Assembly (NCBI GenBank): GCA_031256725.1
Contig: JAIRQE010000004.1
Coordinates: 1 to 32,000, forward strand
Source of the DNA: Propionibacteriaceae bacterium
GTDB lineage: Bacteria > Actinomycetota > Actinomycetes > Propionibacteriales > Propionibacteriaceae
Length of the DNA stretch: 32,000 nucleotides
Direction: 5' to 3'
The translations under genes were made by a program, and so were the position numbers. Shown here piece after piece: positions 1-9,738 of the stretch. A model generated the notes under the pieces. The model was not told where the DNA came from. It made no database searches and worked only from the letters and a program-made list of their open reading frames with translations. How positions within the stretch are numbered: the stretch's first letter is position 1; each line of letters begins with the position of its first letter.

Positions 1-335
1 TCAACGCAACCACCACATCCACCTCCATCACCTACAACCTCGGAGACGGCAACACAGTCACCTGCCACAACCCAGGCACACCCCGACCCTGGAACCCCAA
101 CGACCCCCTCACCCGCACCTCCCCCACAGGATGCCAACACACCTACACCACAACCAACCAACTCGGCAACCCCAACTCCCGATACACCGTAAATGCAACC
201 GTCACCTGGACCACCACCTGGACAGCCACCACCGGCCAATCTGGCACCTTCACCACAACAACCACATCCACCAACAACCCCACCATCCACATAGGCGAAC
301 TCACAGTCATACAAATCCCCAACCCCGGAGAATAA
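1..335 (+). CDS. 3' end (110 codons plus stop) of a CDS that starts upstream of the window; Thr/Asn/Pro-rich, two-Cys protein of unknown function, probably secreted or surface-associated
   Basis: Frame 3 (codons from nt 3) is open to TAA at 333-335. It reads NATTTSTSITYNLGDGNTVTCHNPGTPRPWNPNDPLTRTSPTGCQHTYTTTNQLGNPNSRYTVNATVTWTTTWTATTGQSGTFTTTTTSTNNPTIHIGELTVIQIPNPGE*. It is absent from the ORF track because it has no in-window start. The pattern GDG..TC..PGTP / SP.GC.HTY / Y.V.A.V.W..W / G..G recalls a family of actinobacterial hypothetical proteins, from memory only. There is no C-terminal LPXTG sorting signal. Frame choice is complicated because all three forward frames are nearly stop-free here. 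Confidence 0.55.
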   Translation, partial: NATTTSTSITYNLGDGNTVTCHNPGTPRPWNPNDPLTRTSPTGCQHTYTTTNQLGNPNSRYTVNATVTWTTTWTATTGQSGTFTTTTTSTNNPTIHIGELTVIQIPNPGE

Positions 336-575
336 CTGCTTTCAACTTATATTTCTGATAAATCCTCTCCCACGACAGTGATAGAACTCGAAAAAGCCCG
401 GACGCAGGGTATCTCTTAGGCTCCCAACAAGGCCAAGGATACGACCGCGACTTCATCTGGACGACGGTAGGCGCGGGGATCCTCCCGACTTCCTATTAAC
501 AGTTTCCCCAATAGACAGTTGGCGTCTCAAGCCCGCGCTCAGGCATTGAAAGCGGCGTGATCGATTGCAGGAATA

Positions 576-604
576 TTCACATTTCAGCAGTACCAATGTA
601 ATTT
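576..604 (+). promoter_or_regulatory. candidate sigma-A-type promoter upstream of pfp
   Basis: TTCACA (576-581), 17 nt spacer, TAATTT (599-604). The -10-like hexamer spans the junction (600/601) of the two tandem repeat copies. This is a pattern match only. Confidence 0.3.
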
Positions 605-620
605 CAGCAGTACCAATATA
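581..620. repeat. perfectly adjacent tandem duplication of a 20-bp unit
   Basis: 581-600 is atttcagcagtaccaatgta and 601-620 is atttcagcagtaccaatata. They match at 19 of 20 positions, with the single difference at g598 versus a618. Confidence 0.95.
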
Positions 621-758
621 CCTGTATACCAGCGAATCGTGCTCCCTTCATGGTTGATGACCCCGCCCATAAGATTCAGTACCTCTTAGGAGCTTCGTGT
701 AATAGGATGAATCCAGGTTTATCAATGGGTTTATCCCTAGAGATTCTGGAGGCTTCTT

Positions 759-1958
759 ATGGTTCAAAGAGTGGCAATTTTGACTGCTGGGGGCTTTGCT
801 CCCTGTCTTTCTTCAGCAATGGGTGGCTTGATTCAGAAGTACACCGAAGTCTCCCCTGAAACCGAGATCATCGCCTATAAACATGGGTACCAGGGTCTCC
901 TCACGGGTACCTTCCTTGAGGTCACCCAAGCAGTACGTGACAAGGCACATCTTCTGCATCTTTATGGTGGCTCCCCCGTTGGAAACTCTCGTGTAAAGTT
1001 GACGAACACGTCAAATCTCATTGACCGTGGTCTGATTGCTGACGGTGAGGATGCCCTGCGTAAAGCTGCTGATCAATTGGAAGCCGACGGAGTCGACATT
1101 CTCCACACCATTGGCGGAGATGACACCAATACCACAGCAGCTGATCTGGCTGCCTTCCTTGCAGAGCATAACTATCCACTTACCGTGGTGGGGCTCCCCA
1201 AGACGATCGACAATGACATCATCCCCATCAAGCAGTCCCTGGGTGCTGATACGGCTGCTGAAATGGCCGCCAGATACGCCAAAAATGTTCTCGCAGAACA
1301 CAATTCAGCCTCCAGACACCTGATCGTCCATGAGGTCATGGGACGCCACTGCGGATGGCTCACAGCCGCTGCAGCCCAGAAGTACCGTGCCTGGATCGAA
1401 GAATCTGAGTGGCTCTCCGAGATTGGACTCAGCCGTGAAGCTTGGGATACCCACGCCGTCTATGTACCAGAGTCAGACTTCGACATCGATGAGGAAGCTG
1501 ATCGTCTCAGAGAGATCATGGAAAAGGTTGGCAATGTCAATATCTTCCTCTCCGAGGGCGCCGGGGTAGAAAGAATCGTCCAGGAAATGGAAGAAGACGG
1601 TGAGTCTGTCCCCCGCGACGCCTTCGGTCATGTACAACTAGACAAGGTCAATCCCGGAGCCTGGTTCGCCAGAGAGTTCTCTCACATGATCGGTGCCGAA
1701 AAAGTCATGGTACAAAAGTCTGGCTACTACTCCCGTTCAGCCCCCGCAAATGAGTTCGACCTAGCATTGATCAAGTCCATGACCGACCTAGCCGTAGAAT
1801 GCGCCTTCAACGGTACCCCAGGCGTCATAGGCCACGACGAAGAAAACGGCGACAAACTAACCGCAATAGCCTTCGAAAGAATAGCCGGCGGCAAACACTT
1901 CGACGTCTCACAGCCCTGGTTCAAGCAGATCTTGTCCGATATAGGCCAGCCCAAGTAG
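759..1958 (+). CDS. pfp: pyrophosphate-dependent 6-phosphofructokinase (diphosphate--fructose-6-phosphate 1-phosphotransferase)
   Basis: 399-aa ORF with ATG at 759 and GGAGG at 748-752. The N-terminus VAILTAGGFAPCLSS is PFK-like. The motifs TIGGDDTNT and GLPKTIDND carry the Asp and Lys that distinguish PPi-PFK from ATP-PFK (GGDGS, PGTIDND). Strongly resembles the Propionibacterium-type PFP as I recall it. Confidence 0.9.
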   Translation: MVQRVAILTAGGFAPCLSSAMGGLIQKYTEVSPETEIIAYKHGYQGLLTGTFLEVTQAVRDKAHLLHLYGGSPVGNSRVKLTNTSNLIDRGLIADGEDALRKAADQLEADGVDILHTIGGDDTNTTAADLAAFLAEHNYPLTVVGLPKTIDNDIIPIKQSLGADTAAEMAARYAKNVLAEHNSASRHLIVHEVMGRHCGWLTAAAAQKYRAWIEESEWLSEIGLSREAWDTHAVYVPESDFDIDEEADRLREIMEKVGNVNIFLSEGAGVERIVQEMEEDGESVPRDAFGHVQLDKVNPGAWFAREFSHMIGAEKVMVQKSGYYSRSAPANEFDLALIKSMTDLAVECAFNGTPGVIGHDEENGDKLTAIAFERIAGGKHFDVSQPWFKQILSDIGQPK

Positions 1959-2049
1959 TTGATATTTGTTTTCTAAATTCTTTGACTTCCTGGCTTCTTC
2001 AACTTCACGCAGAATGCCAGCAATGGGTATTTAGCCTAATAAGGCGAGG

Positions 2050-2130
2050 CATCTGTTCCATACCATATCCCCGAATGGAGTAGTTGTTTCCCCTGGGGAA
2101 ACAACTACGTGAATGTGTTTGGAACAGATG
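2050..2130. terminator. nested inverted repeat, candidate bidirectional factor-independent terminator between convergent pfp and atpC
   Basis: The inner element is a perfect palindrome, GTAGTTGTTTCCCC (2080-2093), t, GGGGAAACAACTAC (2095-2108). The outer 11-bp arms are CATCTGTTCCA (2050-2060) and TGGAACAGATG (2120-2130). There is no clear U-tract on either side. Confidence 0.45.
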
Positions 2131-2260
2131 TATCCCACCCTCGCTGTACATCAAAACAAGTAGAGAACAAAGATGTCTGTATCTGGCGACAATGCGCAGA
2201 ATGACAGAGTCGAACAACAGTCGCACTACGACATGCAATCCAGCAGGATGATAAGGTGAA

Positions 2261-2661
2261 CTACTTGTGGCGCTCCGCTGCCTTAACCTGAGCCATAGCC
2301 CGATGATAAGCCGACCGAGTAGCCAAGGAATTGTCCCCAGCTTCACGCTTCGCCTCAAGATTAAGCAATGTACGTCGAGCTTCAGTTACATCAATATCAT
2401 GAGCAAGTGCAGCGTACGGAGAGATAATGGCAGCCATCTCAGTGGTCACGGAGACAAACCCACCATCGACAGCGATGATGTGCCGTACCCCGTCGGAAGC
2501 CGCAATCTCGGCCGTACCTGCAGCAAGTGTTGCAATCAACGGGATATGGTGGGCAAGGATGCCCACCTCACCTGTTGTGGTCATTGCCGTCAACTGAGTG
2601 GCCTCGCCCTCCCAGACAAGTTTGTCAGCTGAGACGACCTCAACCCAGAAGGTTTCAGCCA

Positions 2662-2662
<1 letters not shown>
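2261..2662 (-). CDS. atpC: F1 ATP synthase subunit epsilon
   Basis: 133 aa, last gene of the atp operon. Its ATG shares one nt with the atpD TAA (TAATG). Beta-sandwich plus helical C-terminus pattern typical of epsilon. Confidence 0.9.
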
Positions 2663-4110
<1,448 letters not shown>

Positions 4111-4998
4111 CTATTTTTCGGCGAGCGCTGAAGCGCCCCCCACAATCTCGGTGATCTCTTGGGTAATCTTTGCTTGGCGAGCCTGGTTTGTCTGCCTCGT
4201 CAAGGTTTCGATCAGTTGCTGTGCATTGTCGGTTGCAGCCTTCATAGCCTTCTGCTTGGCAGCCAGTTCGGATGCTGCTGCCTGCATGAGATAGAAATGG
4301 ATTCTGTTGCGAACATAGAGCGGCAACAGTTCATCCAAAACGGTTTCTGCGTCTGGTTCGAAGGTGTACAGGGGGCCAATCTCGTGCTCGCCTTCACCGC
4401 GAACGACGTGCAATGGCATGACTCGACGAACCCTAGGTTCCTGAACAAGCATGGACTCAAATCGGGTGTACACGACCTGGATCTCGTCCACTCCCCCCTC
4501 TTCATCCGAGGCGAGGAACTTGGAAATCAGTGCATCCGAAATGGCATCCGAATCAGCATAGGTTGGCTTATCGGAGAAACCAGCCCACGTCTGTTCCAGT
4601 GGCCTTTGTCGATATTCATAGTACGCAATACCCTTGCGCCCAGTCATATAGGTCACAACCTCGCGACCTTCAGCCAAGAGAGTCTGTGTGAGTCTTTCGG
4701 CCATCCTGATGACATTGGAGGAGTACGGTCCAGCCAAACCTCGATCAGAGGTGATGACCAGGATTGCCGACTTCCCCACACTGTCACGTTCAGTAGTCAG
4801 AGGGTGCCTGATGTCAGAGTGCCCCGCCACTGCAGAAACAGCACGATTCAGCTCGCGGGTGTACGGCAGGGTTGCCCGTGCCGCCGCCTGCGCTTTCGTG
4901 ATTCGAGAAGCAGCAATCAACTCCATCGCACGGGTGATCTTTTGGGTCGCCTGTACGCTTCTGTTGCGCTCTCGAAGCTCTCTGAGACTAGCTACCAT
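4111..4998 (-). CDS. atpG: F1 ATP synthase subunit gamma
   Basis: 295 aa. The N-terminus LRELRERNRSVQATQKITRAMELIAASR is the conserved gamma motif. Its ATG abuts the atpA stop. Confidence 0.95.
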   Translation of the reverse strand: MVASLRELRERNRSVQATQKITRAMELIAASRITKAQAAARATLPYTRELNRAVSAVAGHSDIRHPLTTERDSVGKSAILVITSDRGLAGPYSSNVIRMAERLTQTLLAEGREVVTYMTGRKGIAYYEYRQRPLEQTWAGFSDKPTYADSDAISDALISKFLASDEEGGVDEIQVVYTRFESMLVQEPRVRRVMPLHVVRGEGEHEIGPLYTFEPDAETVLDELLPLYVRNRIHFYLMQAAASELAAKQKAMKAATDNAQQLIETLTRQTNQARQAKITQEITEIVGGASALAEK

Positions 4999-6642
4999 TT
5001 ACTTCTTGCCGCCCGTCACGATCTTTTCCTGATCGATGTCGTCTTCACGAGAGATAGGCGTACCGCCCAACTCGTCGCTATAGAGCAGGGAGCCGTCAGA
5101 GGTACGGAAGGTGTGCGCGAACTTATCAATCGCAGCCTTGGCTTCCTCTTGAGCGTCAGCATTGAATAGCTTGGTCTCTGCAATGGCATCCATGAGGGAT
5201 GTTTCGCGCCTCAGATAATCCAACATCTCCCTCTCGAAGCGAAGGATGTCGGCGACTGGGACGATGTCCAGCAAACCGTTGAGGCCAGCCCACACAGACA
5301 CGATCTGCTCTTCAACCGGGTACGGAGAGTACTGAGGCTGACGCAGAAGCTCTGTGAGACGGGAGCCACGTTCCAACTGTCTACGGCTCGTCTCGTCAAG
5401 ATCCGAGGCGAACATTGCAAAGGCCTGCATGTCACGGAACTGTGCCAGCGAGATCTTCAAGGTACCAGCAACCTGCTTCATTGCCTTCACCTGTGCAGCA
5501 CCACCAACGCGGGACACCGAGATGCCTACGTCGATAGCGGGACGCTGGTTTGCATTGAACAGATCGGACTGGAGGAAGATCTGGCCATCGGTGATAGAGA
5601 TGACGTTGGTCGGAATATAGGCCGACACGTCATTCGCCTTGGTCTCAATGATAGGCAGACCTGTCATCGAACCGCCACCGAGTGCATCAGACAGCTTCGC
5701 GCAGCGTTCCAGCAAGCGCGAGTGTAGATAGAACACGTCGCCAGGATAGGCTTCACGACCTGGTGGGCGGCGAAGCAACAGCGACATCGCGCGGTACGCC
5801 TCAGCCTGCTTGGTCAGGTCATCAAAGACGATGAGTACATGCTTGCCTTCGTACATCCAGTGCTGACCAATGGCTGAACCAGCATAGGGAGCAATGTACT
5901 TAAAGCCTGCAGGATCGGAAGCCGGAGCGTGAACGATGGTGGTGTATTCAAGGGCGCCAGCCTTCTCAAGAGAGGCGCGCACCTCGGCAACAGTCGAGCC
6001 CTTCTGCCCCACCGCAACATAGATGCATCGCACCTGCTGCGTGGGATCACCGGTCTCCCAGTTCGCCTTCTGGTTGATGATGGTGTCTACCACGATGGCT
6101 GTCTTGCCGGTCTTGCGGTCACCGATGATCAACTGGCGCTGTCCACGACCGATCGGGATCATGGCGTCGATTGCCTTGATACCTGTCTGGAGTGGCTCGT
6201 TCACACTCTGACGGTCCATAACGCCGGCTGCCTGGAGCTCCAGGTCACGCCGACCAGCCACATCAGCGAGAGGCCCGAGACCATCAATTGGATTACCCAT
6301 GGCGTCGACTACGCGACCCAGGTACCCATCTCCGACAGGCACAGAGAGGATCTCGCCTGTACGGCGTACCTCTGAGCCTTCCTCGATACCTTCCGACGAG
6401 CCCAGAACCACGACACCGATCTCACGCTCGTCCAAGTTAATGGCAATACCGCGTACACCGTTGGCGAACTCCAAAAGCTCATTGGCCATGGCGGAGGGTA
6501 GACCCACCACATGGGCGATACCGTCGCCGGAGTCAGTCACATAACCGATCTCTTCGGTTGCGGATGCCGCCACCGTGAAATCCTTGATGTAACTGTCAAG
6601 AGCTTTACGAATCTCGTCTGCCTTGATGGTTGCTTCAGTCAT
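4999..6642 (-). CDS. atpA: F1 ATP synthase subunit alpha
   Basis: 547 aa with Walker [17 protein letters not shown] lies upstream of the ATG at 6642. Confidence 0.98.
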   Translation of the reverse strand: MTEATIKADEIRKALDSYIKDFTVAASATEEIGYVTDSGDGIAHVVGLPSAMANELLEFANGVRGIAINLDEREIGVVVLGSSEGIEEGSEVRRTGEILSVPVGDGYLGRVVDAMGNPIDGLGPLADVAGRRDLELQAAGVMDRQSVNEPLQTGIKAIDAMIPIGRGQRQLIIGDRKTGKTAIVVDTIINQKANWETGDPTQQVRCIYVAVGQKGSTVAEVRASLEKAGALEYTTIVHAPASDPAGFKYIAPYAGSAIGQHWMYEGKHVLIVFDDLTKQAEAYRAMSLLLRRPPGREAYPGDVFYLHSRLLERCAKLSDALGGGSMTGLPIIETKANDVSAYIPTNVISITDGQIFLQSDLFNANQRPAIDVGISVSRVGGAAQVKAMKQVAGTLKISLAQFRDMQAFAMFASDLDETSRRQLERGSRLTELLRQPQYSPYPVEEQIVSVWAGLNGLLDIVPVADILRFEREMLDYLRRETSLMDAIAETKLFNADAQEEAKAAIDKFAHTFRTSDGSLLYSDELGGTPISREDDIDQEKIVTGGKK

Positions 6643-6663
6643 TGATTCTCCTCATTTCCGCGC

Positions 6664-7419
6664 TCACGCAAAATTCCTGCGAGCGACCTCAAGACGCGAT
6701 GTCATCGTTGAATCGATGACCTCCGCCCCACATTCGACGCGGACCCCTCCCAGCACTGCGGGGTCCACAACTTCTTGAACAATAATCTTCGTACCCAACT
6801 TGGATTCAAGTGCCGCGACTAGCTTTGTTTTTTGCTTGGAATCCAAGGGCTTGGCGATAGTGACGACTGCGAGACGTCCTCCAGCAAGATCAGCACCGAT
6901 CTCGGTGAATGCACTCACAGCATCATCAATCGTACCCCGTTTGGATGCGACTGCAGCCACAGCAATCTCGACCGAAGGCTCAGCCATGGTCTTCGATAGA
7001 AGGGTTTTCACCAAATTCTGACGCTTCTCGACTGAGACTCGCCGATCTGTGACAGCTGCCCGAACCTCGTGATTGTGGTACATCATCTGCCCGAAGGAGA
7101 AGACCTCATCAATCGAGCGTTCCAGAACGCCAGTTTGCTGCGCCCACTCCCACGCAGTCTTCACAGCCGTCGATTCAACCCAGGCCAGGAAGCCTTTGGT
7201 TGAATCCCAGGTCTTGTCCAAAGCCTGCTTCAGGATCGCTCTCGCATCGACCGAGATACCAGTGAAGGCACCATCGATCAGCTTGGCCCTGGCTTGGACT
7301 GGAGCTGAGGGATCGGTGAGAGCACGCGCCAACGCAGGATGATCCTGGAGGGTGCGCAATGCCAGGTTCAGGTCATGGGTGACCTGAACGTTGGTCGATC
7401 CTGACTTTGCTTTGGTCAT
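6664..7419 (-). CDS. atpH: F1 ATP synthase subunit delta
   Basis: 251 aa, positioned between atpF and atpA, with OSCP-like C-terminal part. ATGA overlap with the atpF stop. Confidence 0.85.
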   Translation of the reverse strand: MTKAKSGSTNVQVTHDLNLALRTLQDHPALARALTDPSAPVQARAKLIDGAFTGISVDARAILKQALDKTWDSTKGFLAWVESTAVKTAWEWAQQTGVLERSIDEVFSFGQMMYHNHEVRAAVTDRRVSVEKRQNLVKTLLSKTMAEPSVEIAVAAVASKRGTIDDAVSAFTEIGADLAGGRLAVVTIAKPLDSKQKTKLVAALESKLGTKIIVQEVVDPAVLGGVRVECGAEVIDSTMTSRLEVARRNFA

Positions 7420-7952
7420 TTCTTTGGCGAATCCTCACTCAGGGAGACAATGAATGAATCCACTGTCTTCTTCACACGTGCATCGTCATCAAGGGACTCA
7501 CCCAAGATTCTCCCGGCCAGGGTTGTAGCCATTTGACCAACATCTTTGCGTAGGGATTCCATAGCCAAGGACTTCTCAGCCTCGACTTGAGCGCGCGCAG
7601 AGTTCACGATCCTAGCTGCGTCATCTTCAGCTTTGGAGCGCATCTCTGCTTCAATCTGAGTCCCTGTTGCCTTGGCAGCATCTCGGATTCGAGCAGCCTC
7701 ATCGTCAGCTGTAGCCAACTTCTCCCTGTAGGCAGCTAGTGCTTGCGCTGCTTCATCCTGTGCCTGTTCGGCCCGTTCGATCCCACCGCGGATGGCGTCA
7801 GCCCTCTCGGTGTACATGGTCTCGAATCGGGGCACGATCACTTTCCACACGACGAAAATGATGATCGCAAAAAGGACCAAACCTACGACGAGCTCAGAGA
7901 TGTGAGCCGGGAGAAGGGGTCCCAAGGGGCCCGTTCCTTCAAGGGGATACAT
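7416..7952 (-). CDS. atpF: Fo ATP synthase subunit b
   Basis: 178 aa. A single N-terminal TM helix is followed by a long Ala/Glu/Arg-rich helix, and the operon position fits. Confidence 0.9.
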   Translation of the reverse strand: MYPLEGTGPLGPLLPAHISELVVGLVLFAIIIFVVWKVIVPRFETMYTERADAIRGGIERAEQAQDEAAQALAAYREKLATADDEAARIRDAAKATGTQIEAEMRSKAEDDAARIVNSARAQVEAEKSLAMESLRKDVGQMATTLAGRILGESLDDDARVKKTVDSFIVSLSEDSPKK

Positions 7953-7954
7953 GG

Positions 7955-8176
7955 TCAGTTGATAGCGAAGGCTAGTGCGATACCGAACAGTGCCAAGGCC
8001 TCAACCACAGCAAAGCCGATCCATGCGGTGGACATAAGAGCACCTTTTGCCTCAGGCTGGCGAGCCGTTCCCTGAATAACAGAGGCGAAGACCAAGCCTA
8101 CGCCGATGCCAGGGCCAATTGCGCCAAGGCCGTATCCGATGACATTCAGATTTCCTGCGATTTCCAGAAGTGTCAT
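7955..8176 (-). CDS. atpE: Fo ATP synthase subunit c
   Basis: 73 aa helical hairpin with a GxGxGxG-like first helix, an RQPE loop, and the ion-binding Glu in VVEALAL. Confidence 0.95.
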   Translation of the reverse strand: MTLLEIAGNLNVIGYGLGAIGPGIGVGLVFASVIQGTARQPEAKGALMSTAWIGFAVVEALALFGIALAFAIN

Positions 8177-8189
8177 GTCTTTCCTTTCG

Positions 8190-9068
8190 TCAGTGTGCCT
8201 CTTCTTGAGCAGAGGACACGTATTGGGCAGTAAGAACTACAAAGATGTACGCCTGGAGGTATGCAACCAGCAACTCCAAGGCAAAGATTCCAAAGCTGAT
8301 GAGCAGTGAGAAACCACCAGCGACGTTATAGATGATGTTGTCTTTGATCTGCGTGAGGAGGTACGTACCACCCACGACAAAGATCATAACCAGAAGGTGA
8401 CCAGCGAAAAGGTTCGCAAAGAGTCGCAAAGCCAAAGTGATAGGTCGAATGATGAAGTTCGAGAGGAACTCCAAGGGTGTGACCAAGATCAGGATGGGAC
8501 CTGGTACGCCGTGGGGAACGATCATCTTCTTCACATAGGGGAAGAAACCCCACTTTTTGATACCCACCGCGTTGTACAAAATCCAGGTAATGATTGCGAA
8601 ACCCCAGACGAAACCAACCTTGGAGAAGGTTGGGAACATGAAGAGGAAGAAGCTTCCAAAGAGGTTGTTCACGATGATGAACGTGAACATGGCAACCAGC
8701 CACGGAACGTACTTATGGTAATTGTCTCCAATGATTTCGCGAGCGACACCGTTGCGAATCATGGTGTAGACGTACTCACCGATCCACTGCCTCTTTGAGG
8801 GTACAACCTGAGGCTTATGAGAAACTATAAGCCAGAAACCAATGACGAGTATCGCAGCGATCACTGCCTGAAGAATATGGTTTGTAATCCAGATATCTGT
8901 CCATGTGGCATATTCCGATGTCGAACAGATTTGGGGTGCAAGCCCTTCGTGAGGGTGACATTCCTGCCAGCGTTCCGAGGGGAACAAAGGCCGGGAGTCG
9001 AAAGCACTCACTCCGAACGTTGGGACTTCAGTCTCCAAAACGGTGAGTCCCGAGGGTCCGTAGGCCAT
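8190..9068 (-). CDS. atpB: Fo ATP synthase subunit a
   Basis: 292 aa with the conserved [13 protein letters not shown] motif (essential Arg). ATG at 9068 is preceded by AAAGGAGGGTC. The N-terminus is longer than the roughly 250-aa mycobacterial protein. Confidence 0.93.
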   Translation of the reverse strand: MAYGPSGLTVLETEVPTFGVSAFDSRPLFPSERWQECHPHEGLAPQICSTSEYATWTDIWITNHILQAVIAAILVIGFWLIVSHKPQVVPSKRQWIGEYVYTMIRNGVAREIIGDNYHKYVPWLVAMFTFIIVNNLFGSFFLFMFPTFSKVGFVWGFAIITWILYNAVGIKKWGFFPYVKKMIVPHGVPGPILILVTPLEFLSNFIIRPITLALRLFANLFAGHLLVMIFVVGGTYLLTQIKDNIIYNVAGGFSLLISFGIFALELLVAYLQAYIFVVLTAQYVSSAQEEAH

Positions 9069-9267
9069 CGACCCTCCTTTCGTTCGGACTCATCAATATC
9101 ATGATCGTGAGGCTTGGTTTCTACATCGAAAACCGAGCCTTCTGAGGTAATCCTATCTGGTCAGATAACCATCCACGCAAATCAGGGTTCCATCAGTTGA
9201 TACAACACCGTTTGACAAGCGGAAATAGAGAGAAAATCATCTCACATTAGATAGGATTCTTTGATAG

Positions 9268-9738
9268 CTACTCTTCAGTGAGTGATGATTCGTCACCGCT
9301 AGCCTCCAAAGTATCCTCATCAGGGGTATCGAAATAAAGAATTCTTAGTCGCGAATGAGCAATAAGAGCACCAATAATATATGTGGCACCAGATATGATA
9401 ACCCCGATGGCTACCCAGAGCATGTCAAAGCTATCCCCGCTCTTGATTCGTGACAACAATACGATGACTCCAACCATGGCAGTTCCATAGGCAGTCAGTG
9501 CAATCATCATCGTCATTTGAGGTGAGGTACCTGACGAGGACGTCAGCATGGACTGACTGAAGGCCATAATCACCAATCCAGTCACAGCACCCAGCGCGCA
9601 ACTCTTTCCCACGAAGGATCCCGCTGAGGCCCAGATGATTCCAGTCGCAATCACAGATACTGGAATTGAAACGAGAACGCCTGTGAGCAGCAGCTTGAGA
9701 CCTGCTGATGGCAGGGAATCAACTCCTCGTCGACTCAT
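9268..9738 (-). CDS. small 4-TM membrane protein, AtpI-like / Rv1303-position protein
   Basis: 156 aa with four hydrophobic segments and an acidic tail. It lies between wecA and atpB, as Rv1303 does in M. tuberculosis. ATGA overlap with the wecA stop. Function is inferred from position only. Confidence 0.6.
   Translation of the reverse strand: MSRRGVDSLPSAGLKLLLTGVLVSIPVSVIATGIIWASAGSFVGKSCALGAVTGLVIMAFSQSMLTSSSGTSPQMTMMIALTAYGTAMVGVIVLLSRIKSGDSFDMLWVAIGVIISGATYIIGALIAHSRLRILYFDTPDEDTLEASGDESSLTEE

Noticed and set aside
1-335. Possibility that the A-rich, AAC-rich gene tail is a diversity-generating retroelement variable region
   Set aside because: There is no second (template) copy of the segment anywhere in the window and no reverse transcriptase downstream. 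The bias is toward A+C overall rather than A-specific substitutions. It cannot be excluded for DNA upstream of the window.
131-358. 75-aa His/Pro/Gln-rich ORF (MPTHLHHNQ...) from the track
   Set aside because: It is an alternative frame of the stop-poor A/C-rich DNA. The product is low-complexity and there is no SD. Frame 3, ending at 335, gives a more protein-like sequence with a recognisable Cys/Trp pattern.
359-580. Looked for a tRNA fragment, att-type repeat or terminator in the spacer after the partial gene
   Set aside because: I found no T-arm-like GTTCRANYC motif and no repeat of the tRNA-Arg 3' end. Only weak 3-5-bp stems are present. The GGATCC-centred near-palindrome at about 475-485 is imperfect.
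650-859. 69-aa ORF overlapping the pfp start
   Set aside because: It is out of frame with, and largely inside, the strongly supported pfp gene. It has no SD and an implausible composition.
2005-2358. 117-aa minus-strand ORF spanning the pfp/atpC spacer
   Set aside because: It overlaps the atpC 3' end in another frame and runs through the palindromic terminator-like element. The sequence is Arg/Leu-rich and not protein-like.
4159-5169. 336-aa plus-strand ORF antisense to atpG/atpA, and similar antisense ORFs at 2527-3078, 5929-6375, 8397-8798, 17044-17646 and 13797-14237
   Set aside because: They lie wholly within highly conserved genes on the opposite strand. Their Arg/Ser/Leu-rich composition is typical of antisense frames in GC-balanced DNA, and there is no independent start context.
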